A DNA stretch of 64,000 bases, taken from IMG/VR virus record IMGVR_UViG_3300021085_000009, positions 72,815-136,814 of that record; one strand, written 5' to 3'. The notes beneath the pieces were generated by a model that had not been told where the DNA came from, did no database searches, and was given only the letters and a program-made list of their open reading frames with translations. Within the stretch, counting starts at the first letter, position 1. Every line of letters starts with the position of its first letter. The stretch is from a virus. Positions 19,596-29,904 of the stretch are shown piece after piece. A program made the translations under genes and the position numbers.

Positions 19596-21941
19596 TTATG
19601 TTGTAGACTTATATGTTATGCTACTCATACCGTTATATCTATTTATATTAGTTATAGATGTAGTTGTAAGTAAATTTGCACCATATTCTTTTAATGGCAC
19701 ATTATCTCTAAATTTTCTGGTTGGAAACCAGTTGTTCTTTTTAATATTATAAAAATTATTATCATGATTAATTTCAAAGGTATCTTCAAATAGATTCATT
19801 ACTAATTGTAATATCATAGTAGTGTCTTTAGCTCTTACTTCGTCTTGAACACCAGAGCCAAGTCTTACCTCAGGTTCAAATATATATCCGTTACCAGCAT
19901 TAGTAGGAGTTATAATCGTGGTATCTGCTAATGATGAAGGAACTAATTCAGCTCTTAATATACCATTACCAGTAACTGTTACTGTTGGAACTGATGTGTA
20001 ACCACTTCCATGGTTCGTCATAACAATTCTACTTATATTACCATTATCCATCTGTGCTACTGCAGTAGCATTGGATCCGCCGCCGCCACTTATTGTTACT
20101 GTCGGTGCTGATGAATAGCCACTACCACCATTTACTATTTGTATATTATTAATCGTTGTTGGCTGAAGTAAAAGTGATGCTGTTGCTTGAACGTTAGTTG
20201 ATAGTGGTTGTCCTAAAGCATTCTTTGCTGTTGGCGCATCTATAACTACCTTAGGTGCAATTCTGTATTTATGATTAACGTCTGAAAGACCATGTAAAAA
20301 TATTTTACTTATACTTCCAGGATTACTTACTGCTGGTATTGAAGCCGCAATTTCTGTGTAACCTGATCCTACATTAGTAATAACAAATCCATCTGGTGAT
20401 AATGAACCAGATGCTGTAACCTTACATGTAACAGCTCCGGCCGATCCACCTGCTCCTGTTATAGTAACAGTTGGCCCAGCATAAAGCTTTTCGCCATTAA
20501 CTATTGTTTCAGTGCTAAGATTTATTGGATAACCATAACCTGCTTTAGCAATTTCAGCTGAAAGAATTTTACCAACATTTGGATTAGCTTGCCCATTCGG
20601 TAATGTGGTTGGTTGTAAATTAATACTAATTTGTCCACTTCTTTTAATAAATGCAGATGGTCTTGGTTCAAACATTGACGCAAACATTTTAACTAGAACT
20701 GGAACATCTTCTATTCCAATCACACCAGGCTGTCTGTCAGGCATAGATGATAAAGTTAATCTATTAATTCTAGGATAACCATAAAAGAATTGCCCTGTGC
20801 CCTGACCATGTTTTGGTCCACCAATATGAGGAACCTCGTACATAGCTTTGGTGTTATCTCCTAAAGCCTTTCTAGTTAATTGTAGTAATATTAGAATCTC
20901 TCCAAAGAATTTAAATCCTGCAGGGTGAACTAATTTACTAAATGCTGATGACCAATCTGTTACGTTCCTACCAGTTCTAATAAGGTATGAAAACTTTTGA
21001 TAAAAGTCGCTGTCTTGTATTTTGATTTCGTCTGATAGCCAACCTTTATGATCTAGGTACTGTCCTTGGGATGCATCCCATGCACCTGACGAAGGTATTA
21101 AAGTTTTATCCCATGGTCTTTCTACTTCAACTTCCTCGTTAAACAATAACCTAAAGAATATTTCAATAGAATCTGAAGAACCTCTAACTTTATAGAAGTC
21201 AACTATCTTTTTATAAAGAGACCTTTTATCTACATTAGATAAGTCTCTAGGAATAGCAGCTGCTACTTCTTTCTGCATCATCTCTAAATAATCTTCTGTG
21301 TTCGCATCGATGTCTAACGCTTCTTCAATTGCGTTCAGCACATATGATGGACCAGGTCCTACCCAATATGTAATTACAGTTGTAAAGGTAGCTTGTAAAC
21401 CATCAAAGGTATCATCGCCAAAAACAATTCTAAAGGTTTTGCCGTGAGGGTTAGTATTATTTTTAAGCGAGCCAGGAAGTTCGTTACCATTAGTAATATT
21501 AAGCTGTGGTGCATTAGCGCCAGTAAATGATATTGGTATACTTTGTCCTGGGTTATATACAACATTGTCAACTGTCATATCAGCATCAGTAGTATTCTTA
21601 ATTAGTAATGTACTACTTGCTCCCTGAAAGTCTGAAAAGAAATGATCATTAGAATTCTCAGGATCCTTAACTCTAAAGATAGCTTGCTTACTTAAAATAG
21701 TATCAAGGAAGACTTCGGTCTCTTGATATATAAACTCTTCCATATTATTAAATTCATAATATGATTTAAGTAATTCTTTAATGCCTCTTTGATTAGACTG
21801 ATCTCCACTACCAACTTGGTCCTGAAGAATATTAGTAGGGATAAGTTCATCAAGTCTAAGATTTTCTTTTGTCTTACGCTTACTCGAAGCAACTGATTCG
21901 ATATAACCAGGTGTTTGTGCTTCTCCTCCATATCGAGCCAT
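19596..21941 (-). CDS. gp7: Baseplate wedge initiator gp7-like
   Basis: DFYKVRGSSDSIEIFFRLLF, IQDSDFYQKFSYLI, VHPAGFKFFGE; GSGYSSAPTVTI repeats; lies between gp6 and gp8. Confidence 0.75.
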   Translation of the reverse strand: MARYGGEAQTPGYIESVASSKRKTKENLRLDELIPTNILQDQVGSGDQSNQRGIKELLKSYYEFNNMEEFIYQETEVFLDTILSKQAIFRVKDPENSNDHFFSDFQGASSTLLIKNTTDADMTVDNVVYNPGQSIPISFTGANAPQLNITNGNELPGSLKNNTNPHGKTFRIVFGDDTFDGLQATFTTVITYWVGPGPSYVLNAIEEALDIDANTEDYLEMMQKEVAAAIPRDLSNVDKRSLYKKIVDFYKVRGSSDSIEIFFRLLFNEEVEVERPWDKTLIPSSGAWDASQGQYLDHKGWLSDEIKIQDSDFYQKFSYLIRTGRNVTDWSSAFSKLVHPAGFKFFGEILILLQLTRKALGDNTKAMYEVPHIGGPKHGQGTGQFFYGYPRINRLTLSSMPDRQPGVIGIEDVPVLVKMFASMFEPRPSAFIKRSGQISINLQPTTLPNGQANPNVGKILSAEIAKAGYGYPINLSTETIVNGEKLYAGPTVTITGAGGSAGAVTCKVTASGSLSPDGFVITNVGSGYTEIAASIPAVSNPGSISKIFLHGLSDVNHKYRIAPKVVIDAPTAKNALGQPLSTNVQATASLLLQPTTINNIQIVNGGSGYSSAPTVTISGGGGSNATAVAQMDNGNISRIVMTNHGSGYTSVPTVTVTGNGILRAELVPSSLADTTIITPTNAGNGYIFEPEVRLGSGVQDEVRAKDTTMILQLVMNLFEDTFEINHDNNFYNIKKNNWFPTRKFRDNVPLKEYGANLLTTTSITNINRYNGMSSITYKSTT
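19640..19647 (-). promoter_or_regulatory. T4-type late promoter TATAAATA for gp8
   Basis: Exact consensus inside the 3' end of gp7. Confidence 0.6.
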
Positions 21942-21944
21942 GTG

Positions 21945-23825
21945 TTATCCTCTAAGTCTTGATGTTGTGTTATATGATATAGTACCAGTACTTCCTGATA
22001 CAGCGATTGAATCAATCTCTGGATTAATAGAAGTCTTTAATGGATCGATTGCGATTAGCTGATCTCTCTTAGGAGCAATGTCTAAAGAAGCTGGTGTCGC
22101 CGTAATTTTAATTCCACCTGTTGGAAGAACTGAAGGAGCAAAGTTATTTAATACAACTTTACCTGTAGTAGAATTTACAGTACCTGCATCAGCAACTACA
22201 ATATTTTCTTTACCACTTACGATTTTATAAACATATACTCTACGTTCGTCTTGTCCTTCCACTGCTTCATCTCCAAAGAAGTGATCAACTCCACCAACTT
22301 GGAATCCTGATGATGTAATAACTGAATCAGTACTACTACCAGTGACATAGAAAGAACCTGTAAAGAATAAAGTAAAACTATTTTCTGCTCGATTTAAACT
22401 AGGTGTAATTGTTTTGAATAACATAGGACGTACAGTAGAGTTAACAATTGATGGATCAGCGTTATCGATTGCTTTTAATAGCTGTGAATGTCTGAACACT
22501 CCATCAAATTTGTTAAGGTTATTAAAGTTATAATCTTCTACTGTATCACTGACCACGCTAAGTAGATCACTTGCACTTCTGTCAGTCAGGTTATTATTAT
22601 ATTTAAAGAATACATCTAACTCTAGGTAAGTATAGTTAGGATCAACCATGACCGGAGTAATAGAGACCACGTTCTTACCTTTAAGGATAGTATTCTTAAT
22701 TGTATTCTTTTGAGCGTCTGTTAGTTTTTCGTTCTGTACTGGTTTAACACAGACATATACGCTACCATAATCTGGTGGATCATTATCTTCACCACCCCAG
22801 GTACTAATCGCATCGATGTCTGAGAACTCTCTTTGAATAATAGCACGATAGTCATCTGTGGTTACCGCTCTGTTCTGAGAAGTAAATGTTAGCGGAGCAT
22901 TATATCGTATTGACTCTAATGTCTCTCTGTCCGCGCCGCCAGTAGACTTACTGACCAGGCTTATTGCGACTGATGATGCACTGAATGGTCCGATATTAAT
23001 ATTAGATCCCATTCCGAAATTTGTCGCACCATTTACATCCTTACCATTTGTATACACATAGTCGAGCGTTACGATATTATTTGACTGAGGACGAGCACCA
23101 ATGACACCATCGCCAAAGAACACTTCGTAATATTCATTTGCATTCTCTTGTAGATGAAAGATTCGAGTTGCAGCGTCGACATTCAGTAGCGTAGTATACT
23201 TAGTATAGATATCGAATGCAGAAGATAAATCGTTAGCCTGTACACGAACGCGCATTGTAGATGTATCTGCATCCTTATCTGATATCTGATACTTCTGATT
23301 CGTTAAATCATTGTCTACTCTAAACTTTAAAGTCTTTAATGTACCTTCTGCGATCTCCACATTATTAAAGGTATATACATTTGTGGCTGAATCGATTGTA
23401 GCGTTATCTGCAGAGAGGACGACGAACGAAAATTCTCTACCGCCAACAGTTGTGACTAACTGCGTTCCTCGTGCGAGTGTTAGGTTTGCAGGATTATTCG
23501 AAGCCTGATCACCAGTGAATCCTGTGACCGCAATATTAACAACTGCACGAGAAGCGAGTTTAGACCTTGGAGTATATCCAAGCAACCTTGCCCGAGAGAC
23601 TACATTACCACGTATCTGTGCTGAGTCTAAAAAGGCCTCGTTTAAACTGAAGTGAGCAGCCATTGCATTATAGTGTGTATTATATGCTAATACATCTAAG
23701 AGTACACTCATACCACTTCCTTCGAAATCATAATCATTAAATGTCGACTGTGTCTTCAGATAGTTCTTAAGATTCTTTTTAATTTGGTCGAAATCTAATT
23801 CCGTTACTTTAAAATTTGTTGCCAT
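21945..23825 (-). CDS. gp6: Baseplate wedge subunit gp6
   Basis: ELDFDQIKKNLK...DYDFEGSGMSVLLDVLAYNTHY...EAFLDSA; SQNRAVTTDDY; WGGEDNDPPDYG. Confidence 0.95.
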   Translation of the reverse strand: MATNFKVTELDFDQIKKNLKNYLKTQSTFNDYDFEGSGMSVLLDVLAYNTHYNAMAAHFSLNEAFLDSAQIRGNVVSRARLLGYTPRSKLASRAVVNIAVTGFTGDQASNNPANLTLARGTQLVTTVGGREFSFVVLSADNATIDSATNVYTFNNVEIAEGTLKTLKFRVDNDLTNQKYQISDKDADTSTMRVRVQANDLSSAFDIYTKYTTLLNVDAATRIFHLQENANEYYEVFFGDGVIGARPQSNNIVTLDYVYTNGKDVNGATNFGMGSNINIGPFSASSVAISLVSKSTGGADRETLESIRYNAPLTFTSQNRAVTTDDYRAIIQREFSDIDAISTWGGEDNDPPDYGSVYVCVKPVQNEKLTDAQKNTIKNTILKGKNVVSITPVMVDPNYTYLELDVFFKYNNNLTDRSASDLLSVVSDTVEDYNFNNLNKFDGVFRHSQLLKAIDNADPSIVNSTVRPMLFKTITPSLNRAENSFTLFFTGSFYVTGSSTDSVITSSGFQVGGVDHFFGDEAVEGQDERRVYVYKIVSGKENIVVADAGTVNSTTGKVVLNNFAPSVLPTGGIKITATPASLDIAPKRDQLIAIDPLKTSINPEIDSIAVSGSTGTISYNTTSRLRG

Positions 23826-23831
23826 AATTCT

Positions 23832-24284
23832 TTACCTTAGTCTTCGAAGTACTAATTCAACTTCTTGTTCTATATCGTACTCCTTTATATTATAGTGTGC
23901 GGTTATTCTATATGCGTTATCATCTGCCAGATCATCAATAAACACATTATATAACTCAATCCTTCCCTCATGTATATTCAACACATTCTCTATATTCTCT
24001 TTTAATGCTATCTTAGTTATCGTATCAGCAGGTTCAAATAACAACCCTCTCATATTCGCACCAAGTGTAGGAGCAAAAGGTCTATCATAGAAGTTAGATA
24101 ACAATAAGTTCTTTACTGCATTACGTATCGCCTGTTCATCCTGTGGTATATAAAGATCTTTTGTTTTATCGTTTATATAGAGAGATAGATCAAGGTCAGC
24201 CCATCCTTTCTTACGAGAGGTACGCGAAGAGGTCTCACTATCTGATATAACGAATCCTGAATTGTGTCTATTAACTGTTCCCAT
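23832..24284 (-). CDS. gp25: Baseplate wedge subunit gp25
   Basis: DLDL...DEQAIRNAVKNLLLSNFYDRPF...LLFEP...LRRLR; start moved to ATG 24284, just below a late promoter. Confidence 0.9.
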   Translation of the reverse strand: MGTVNRHNSGFVISDSETSSRTSRKKGWADLDLSLYINDKTKDLYIPQDEQAIRNAVKNLLLSNFYDRPFAPTLGANMRGLLFEPADTITKIALKENIENVLNIHEGRIELYNVFIDDLADDNAYRITAHYNIKEYDIEQEVELVLRRLR

Positions 24285-24289
24285 GTATC

Positions 24290-24297
24290 TATTTATA
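24290..24297 (-). promoter_or_regulatory. T4-type late promoter TATAAATA
   Basis: Exact consensus immediately upstream of gp25. Confidence 0.8.
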
Positions 24298-24498
24298 TCC
24301 TTTGTGTTATAGTTGACAAGGTTCTGGAAAGAAATTTTTCTCGAGAAATTTTTTTTATATAATGCATATCGAAGCAAAACTCAGATTCATATCGAAGAAC
24401 ATGCATGTACTAGCCCCCCGCCACCCCTGCATGCATTTCCCCTAGTATATAATGGCCAATATGCGTACACAGATGCCTCATATATTCTCCGGAAACAC

Positions 24499-24527
24499 TG
24501 TACATTTGCTCGAAAGTATGGTATAAT
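24499..24527 (+). promoter_or_regulatory. Early sigma70-type promoter, antisense to gp5
   Basis: AAACAC-TGTACA-17 bp-TATAAT with TG extension; same consensus as the minus-strand early promoters. Confidence 0.7.
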
Positions 24528-24562
24528 ATAATAGGTTCTATGGGGGGCAGAGGTAGTACTCA

Positions 24563-25285
24563 TTATGTACCTGCCTTTGGACTACTTGTCTGTGCCGTTG
24601 ATGGTGTAGGAGAACTTGCCCCACCTGTACCTGGCACTTCTGTATGTGTATGTCCTGTTAGTGTAACACTCTCATCGCCTTCACTCTTCGCTGTAATCTC
24701 TTCTGCACAAGTAGTAGCCTCTGTTACATGCAGTGTACCAGTGATTGTAGTGTTCCCGTCTATACTAACCACATCTGATATACTATTGATCTCTACATCT
24801 CCTGCGTTATTAATATTAATAGTCGTTCCGCTAGAGTGCGTTATATTAATACGATTGTTATTAGGAGTGTTATCATACTCTATTAGATGACCTGCCTCTG
24901 TTCTATGTACATGATTTGTGTTACCATCGACATGCGCCTCTGGTGGAATATCGGATACGCCTCCTGTGCTACTTGTTATCGTCCCTAATATGATTGGATC
25001 CTGTGCGCTTTTGCCATCTCGGAAGAAGCCTAGGATCCATGAATTGACCCGGCAACTATGGTTTTTTCCGACCCCTGCAACACTTGCAACGTCATTACCC
25101 ATCATCACTGTAGCCCATGGTAGTTTATCTGTAGGTAATACTCCCTTGTCAGTTGTATGGTAACCAATGCACCTAACACGTACTCTATTCATGTATAATG
25201 GATCACTTACGTCTTCTACTATACCTGTAAACCATACAAAGTTGTTATTTGGTGATATGAATTGATCTTCTTTACGGCTAATCAT
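24563..25285 (-). CDS. gp5: Baseplate central spike gp5 (short; no lysozyme domain)
   Basis: WFTGIVEDVSDPLYMNRVRVRCIGYH...LPWA...GFFRDG OB domain; GHLIEYDNTP; C-terminal GHTH. Confidence 0.88.
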   Translation of the reverse strand: MISRKEDQFISPNNNFVWFTGIVEDVSDPLYMNRVRVRCIGYHTTDKGVLPTDKLPWATVMMGNDVASVAGVGKNHSCRVNSWILGFFRDGKSAQDPIILGTITSSTGGVSDIPPEAHVDGNTNHVHRTEAGHLIEYDNTPNNNRINITHSSGTTININNAGDVEINSISDVVSIDGNTTITGTLHVTEATTCAEEITAKSEGDESVTLTGHTHTEVPGTGGASSPTPSTAQTSSPKAGT

Positions 25286-26589
25286 TACTCTGTCTCTCCA
25301 TTCATGTCCATTATATAAGAATCTTTATTGCAATATACGGTCATGTTATACTCTTCGTCAAAAGAATGTTCTATTTGTGTTACTATATGTCTACCGCTTA
25401 GCATTTTATCCATCTTTATGTTACCTTTTATTTCACTTGGATCTTGTGTACGAGGAATCTCAAGGTATATGATACTACCAACAGTAAGATTTAGATCGCC
25501 AGCCAGTGTAATCCGTTGCGTTAATGCATCTAAAGTTTGTAGCGTTGCCTGTTGATTCATTACGGTCGGTGATGATGCATTTGAATAGTTATCTCCCTGA
25601 AAGGCTTTACTATTAGATGATACATAATGGTGAAATGAATCAGTGGCTTCTTTTAATAATACGGATCCAAAGGTAGATGCATCGGCATATACAGGATGTG
25701 CATTTAAACGTGTTGCATTATCGTCTGCCTTCATGACATGTGTTGTTACAGTCTTTGTAGCAATATCAATATCTGTTAATGTAGAGGAATAACCGCCGGA
25801 AGCCAGTGTTGCAAGTTGCGATAGATCTAAATCAGATGAAAGCTTTTGTATCTTTTTACGTGCTTCTTCATAATACTCTTCATCTCCTATCTGCGATTTA
25901 AAGTATGGAAAATGATTATAGGTATCGTACACTTCGTCATTTAACAAAGATGCATATGAACGTAGACTGACACCATCTTTTGCAGTCTCATAAAAGAAAT
26001 AAGGTGTTCCTTTATCGTATGTATTACGCATTAACCAGGATATCGCCTCTAATGGATGTAATCTAGGGTATATACCTTCAACAGTACTCTTTGAATCTGT
26101 CTCTACAATATGAGTTCTTGACACTCCAGCGTCTCGCATTAACTCTTTGATTGATGATGCAAGTGTTCCTCCAAAGGGTTTAACCATTCGTTTTGTATGT
26201 GAAATGTACATGTGTTCAGAGAATGCTTCTATCTGATATACCTGTAACCCTGGCTTAGGCTTGGAATGATTATAGATCTCAGAGATAAACACTGAGAAAT
26301 TGAATTGTTTTTTCTTATTATCGTTTAAAGAAGTATGCGTTACACCTAATATAATCTCTTCGCTACCTGTTATCTTTGCAGCTTCAAGGAATGAAACCCC
26401 ATCTGCAATCACTAGATTGACCGTAATAGACGATTGATAGAGTGATTCTAGGACCTTAAATGAATCGACAAGATCGATTATATTGAACTCTTTACCGCTA
26501 TTTGATACAATTGTTGCAGTCTTTAACTGATATGAAGAGGGTATAATACTCTTACTTGTACCTGGCTGTAGGAAATGTTGATTACTCAT
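25285..26589 (-). CDS. Putative baseplate hub protein (gp27-like position)
   Basis: Between gp53 and gp5; ESLYQSSIT, YFFYET, GDLNLTVG, LSGRHIVTQIEH motifs. Confidence 0.6.
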   Translation of the reverse strand: MSNQHFLQPGTSKSIIPSSYQLKTATIVSNSGKEFNIIDLVDSFKVLESLYQSSITVNLVIADGVSFLEAAKITGSEEIILGVTHTSLNDNKKKQFNFSVFISEIYNHSKPKPGLQVYQIEAFSEHMYISHTKRMVKPFGGTLASSIKELMRDAGVSRTHIVETDSKSTVEGIYPRLHPLEAISWLMRNTYDKGTPYFFYETAKDGVSLRSYASLLNDEVYDTYNHFPYFKSQIGDEEYYEEARKKIQKLSSDLDLSQLATLASGGYSSTLTDIDIATKTVTTHVMKADDNATRLNAHPVYADASTFGSVLLKEATDSFHHYVSSNSKAFQGDNYSNASSPTVMNQQATLQTLDALTQRITLAGDLNLTVGSIIYLEIPRTQDPSEIKGNIKMDKMLSGRHIVTQIEHSFDEEYNMTVYCNKDSYIMDMNGETE

Positions 26590-27409
26590 TAATCATAGTC
26601 TCAAAATCTTCTACGAATCTATCGATATATTGTGGCGATATGACTCGAATGCTAGATCTTTTCTCGTTTAAATCAAATACAAATGATTGATTGGATTGGT
26701 ATGTAATATCGTTTATAGATGCACCACCGCTGACGTATACACCATTGTCTGTTGGCCTTTTCTCTAGATCGGTGATCAAATGCCAATGATGTGGTGCATC
26801 TCTGTAGGGATATACTTTATATGTATCAACACTATCGTTAGAAAGATTACCAGAAATTGTTTCAGAATTGTTAGATACAAGGTCAGGATCGCCAAAAAAT
26901 GTACCTGTTACGTCCTTTAATACTAATTGATTAAGGTCAATATCCTTTTTAACTAATGTACCTGATGGCGTTGTGGCGCGATTTAAAGAAGCCTGGCCTG
27001 TGATTGTTTCATTTAATCTAAATCTACCTGCAAGTGAGTCTCTGAATGTTGTTATACCAAGGTCAGTATTGGTTACTGTAACAGGGTTTGTTGTAATAAC
27101 GACACCACTATATTCTTCTGCAAGGTAATCTTCCATTACAGTACGGCTCATTGGCCATGCTCTCATGCCATCATGCAACATATCGTTAATTACAAAGAAT
27201 GTCCAGTAATATTCTGGTGTATTATACAACCTTTGAGATACAATATCAGGTCTTTCACCATCTTTAATATTATAGTTTAGGTATAACGAAGGGTTATCAA
27301 CACTTGAACCTTCAATTCTGACTGATCGATATATGTCAACTACCTGTTGTATAATACCATCACGGTTAAAATCATAGCTTTGTGTTGGAAATTGTTTAAA
27401 GAATGACAT
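26582..27409 (-). CDS. gp53: Baseplate wedge subunit gp53
   Basis: MSFFKQFP; YNIKDGERPDIVSQRLY...YYW (LysM-like); WP; NEKRSSIRVI. Confidence 0.88.
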   Translation of the reverse strand: MSFFKQFPTQSYDFNRDGIIQQVVDIYRSVRIEGSSVDNPSLYLNYNIKDGERPDIVSQRLYNTPEYYWTFFVINDMLHDGMRAWPMSRTVMEDYLAEEYSGVVITTNPVTVTNTDLGITTFRDSLAGRFRLNETITGQASLNRATTPSGTLVKKDIDLNQLVLKDVTGTFFGDPDLVSNNSETISGNLSNDSVDTYKVYPYRDAPHHWHLITDLEKRPTDNGVYVSGGASINDITYQSNQSFVFDLNEKRSSIRVISPQYIDRFVEDFETMINE

Positions 27410-27411
27410 GA

Positions 27412-28152
27412 TTATTTACCTCGTACCTGATCGTATCCTTCACCTGTACCATATAGGTCATCACGTGTAAGGTTCTTTGTTTCCTGGAATGATAATGCAA
27501 TGGATGTTTCAACCGGTGCACCATCTGCGTGGAATATGTTTGCAGTTTCGTTATATGAAGTTGTTGCATTTACTAGATAACAATCTTGAATAAATGGTAA
27601 GAATTTAGATTCATCTGCACCTGATGTATAGAATCTAATCTTAAATGTTGGTGGATATTGTAATGCAAACACTCCTAACTTCTTAGGGTATAGATTCTTT
27701 CTAAAAAAGTTTTCAATCTGTCGTGCTTCTTCAGCTTCATCTGCAGATTCTGATACTAATTTAAATGTAAATGCAAATGTACGAACAGTTGTAGATTGAA
27801 ATGCAATATTAGTAAATGGATTAGATACAATACCCTTTTCCAAACCAGCAGTTGTTGAAAATGCTTCTGCAGTTCCGCCTTTACCCTTTAGTAGATTTAG
27901 GCCACCAATTGCAACATCAGCCTCAGTCATTTCAGCTTCTCCAGTACCTGCAGATTTTGCAGCACCAATTGCACCAAGATCTACTGATGTATAACCTGCA
28001 GAATCTGGTACTGATATACCAGTTGGCATATAGAGATGCACCTTTGCACCTCCTTCAGGATTATCTTTAGGAAACACCTGGAAAGACATATGTGCTGCAG
28101 TACCATCATCGATCTGCTTTCTTAAATGTTTTGGAAACGTTAAAATTTTCAT
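27412..28152 (-). CDS. gp48: Baseplate tail-tube cap gp48
   Basis: LYMP; NPFTNIAFQSTTVRTFAFTFKL..S..EA; DGAPV...LSFQE. Confidence 0.75.
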   Translation of the reverse strand: MKILTFPKHLRKQIDDGTAAHMSFQVFPKDNPEGGAKVHLYMPTGISVPDSAGYTSVDLGAIGAAKSAGTGEAEMTEADVAIGGLNLLKGKGGTAEAFSTTAGLEKGIVSNPFTNIAFQSTTVRTFAFTFKLVSESADEAEEARQIENFFRKNLYPKKLGVFALQYPPTFKIRFYTSGADESKFLPFIQDCYLVNATTSYNETANIFHADGAPVETSIALSFQETKNLTRDDLYGTGEGYDQVRGK

Positions 28153-28163
28153 GTTTTTATCCG

Positions 28164-28205
28164 TATAAATAGTAGTAAATAACTTATTTGGTATATCTAT
28201 TTATA
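28164..28205. promoter_or_regulatory. Crossed pair of late promoters for divergent gp48 and gp4
   Basis: TATAAATA on + at 28164-28171 and on - at 28198-28205. Confidence 0.75.
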
Positions 28206-28648
28206 TGGCTTACAAGGGTAAATACACAGTAAAGAACAAATCAAAGTATGTTGGTGATTCAACCAAGGTAACATACCGCTCTATGTGGGAACGCCAGGCC
28301 ATGAAATGGTGTGAAAGCAATCCTAGAATAGTAAAATGGAACAGTGAAGAGGTTGTTATACCCTATAAGTGCAAGACAGATCAAAAACTACATCGATACT
28401 TTATAGATCTCTTTATTGAAATGGACAATGGTGAATGTATATTGGTTGAAATAAAGCCAAAGAAACACACAGTTGCACCTAAGAAACAGAGAAAAACTAA
28501 GAAGTATATCAACGAGGTCACGACCTATATCAAAAATACATCCAAATGGACTGCAGCTGATAAGTTTGCACAAAGGAAAGGATGGAAATTTCAGGTATGG
28601 ACTGAGGACACTTTAAAGAATTTAGGCATAAAACTACTGAAGAATTGA
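28205..28648 (+). CDS. gp4: Head completion nuclease gp4
   Basis: MAYKGKY..KN..KYVGD...YRSMWE...W.SEEVVIPY...HRYFID...EIKP (TnsA-like). Confidence 0.92.
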   Translation: MAYKGKYTVKNKSKYVGDSTKVTYRSMWERQAMKWCESNPRIVKWNSEEVVIPYKCKTDQKLHRYFIDLFIEMDNGECILVEIKPKKHTVAPKKQRKTKKYINEVTTYIKNTSKWTAADKFAQRKGWKFQVWTEDTLKNLGIKLLKN

Positions 28649-28656
28649 TATAAATA
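28649..28656 (+). promoter_or_regulatory. T4-type late promoter TATAAATA
   Basis: Exact consensus 5 bp upstream of the gp2 ATG. Confidence 0.75.
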
Positions 28657-28661
28657 GTATT

Positions 28662-29252
28662 ATGGCTAGTTTATTTAACACATTACAAACAGGTGCATTC
28701 AGGGCAGGAGTTCAAGCAAGGACTAAAAAATCGAGTCAATGGTTTGAACGTAAGGTAAAAGAATTAGGAGATGTATCACCAAGGACGGTCCTTAAAGATA
28801 AAGCTCTAGACCCTACAACAAAGCCACAGATTGGCGATATGATGATGTACTTCTATGATCCTAAGACCAAAGCAACCCTACCATATTACGATAGATTTCC
28901 TCTAACTATTATGGTACAACCAGCTAAAGGTGGATTTCATGGTTTAAACCTACACTATCTTTCACCAAGAGTAAGAGCACAATTCCTTGATGAGTTGATG
29001 GAATTAGCACCAAAGAATATGACAGACAGTAGCCGTTTAACCAAAATGAGGTATAAACTACTGACCGGTGTTGCAAAATATAAAGAGTTTCAACCATGTT
29101 ATAAACATTATCTTATGGGCCATGTTGCATCTAGGATGTCAAGAGTGCCAATGCCAGAGTGGGAAATCGCAGTATTCTTACCAACTGAACAGTTCATGAA
29201 AGTTAAGAAAGAATCAGTATGGAGATACTCAAGGAAACAATACGCAGGATAA
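28662..29252 (+). CDS. gp2: DNA end protector gp2
   Basis: YDPKTKATLPYYDRFPL...GLNLHYL...KHYL...W..AVFLP. Confidence 0.92.
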   Translation: MASLFNTLQTGAFRAGVQARTKKSSQWFERKVKELGDVSPRTVLKDKALDPTTKPQIGDMMMYFYDPKTKATLPYYDRFPLTIMVQPAKGGFHGLNLHYLSPRVRAQFLDELMELAPKNMTDSSRLTKMRYKLLTGVAKYKEFQPCYKHYLMGHVASRMSRVPMPEWEIAVFLPTEQFMKVKKESVWRYSRKQYAG

Positions 29253-29255
29253 CAT

Positions 29256-29882
29256 ATGTCAATTGATCAATTAAAAGCTACAATAAGCAAAAAGGGTGGA
29301 TTATCACAGGCCAATAGGTTTAATGTTATGTTTACACCCCCACAAGGATCTCTTTTAAACAGTGACCCTGCTACTCTCATTGGAGGATTGGTTTCTGGTG
29401 GTGGACTCTCAAACGTTATAAACGATCCTAGGGATATATCACTACTTGCAGAATCAGTTAATTTACCAAGCTCACAGATAACTACACTTGACCATATTGC
29501 AGAAAAGCAAACCGTTAAGATACCATACGCAGTAATACAAGAAGAGGTCACTATGACATTCTTGCTTACCAACGATTATTACATTAAGAACATGTTTGAT
29601 AAATGGGGACAATCAATCGTCGACCTAGAAACATACAGAGTTGCTTATAAAAAAGATATTGTTACAGATGTTGTAATACAGCAACTGAACAAACAGAACA
29701 TTCCTATTTATGGAGTGAAGTTGGAAAATGCATTTCCAACAACAATTGGAGGTATCGCTCTTTCAAATGAATCAGCTGATACACCAAACAAACTGACCGT
29801 GACATTTTCATATGACAAATTTGTTGTAGAGGATGGGTTAACAAGTGCTATATCCGGAGCCGGTGCTGCACTTGGATTATAA
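29256..29882 (+). CDS. Tail tube initiator / gp19-family tube protein (gp54-like)
   Basis: GGLSQANRFNV, AESVNLP, IQQL, LENAFP, LTVTFSY. Confidence 0.7.
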   Translation: MSIDQLKATISKKGGLSQANRFNVMFTPPQGSLLNSDPATLIGGLVSGGGLSNVINDPRDISLLAESVNLPSSQITTLDHIAEKQTVKIPYAVIQEEVTMTFLLTNDYYIKNMFDKWGQSIVDLETYRVAYKKDIVTDVVIQQLNKQNIPIYGVKLENAFPTTIGGIALSNESADTPNKLTVTFSYDKFVVEDGLTSAISGAGAALGL

Positions 29883-29904
29883 TTTATATTAGGAGAAATA
29901 TATA

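Noticed and set aside
1258-23508. Many plus-strand ORFs (e.g. 3962-4633, 9626-10060, 15392-15814)
   Set aside because: Antisense shadows of long structural genes, with no RBS or recognisable motifs.
24540-24890. Plus-strand 116-aa ORF downstream of the antisense promoter
   Set aside because: Almost entirely antisense to gp5 with shadow-like composition and weak RBS; not called as a gene.
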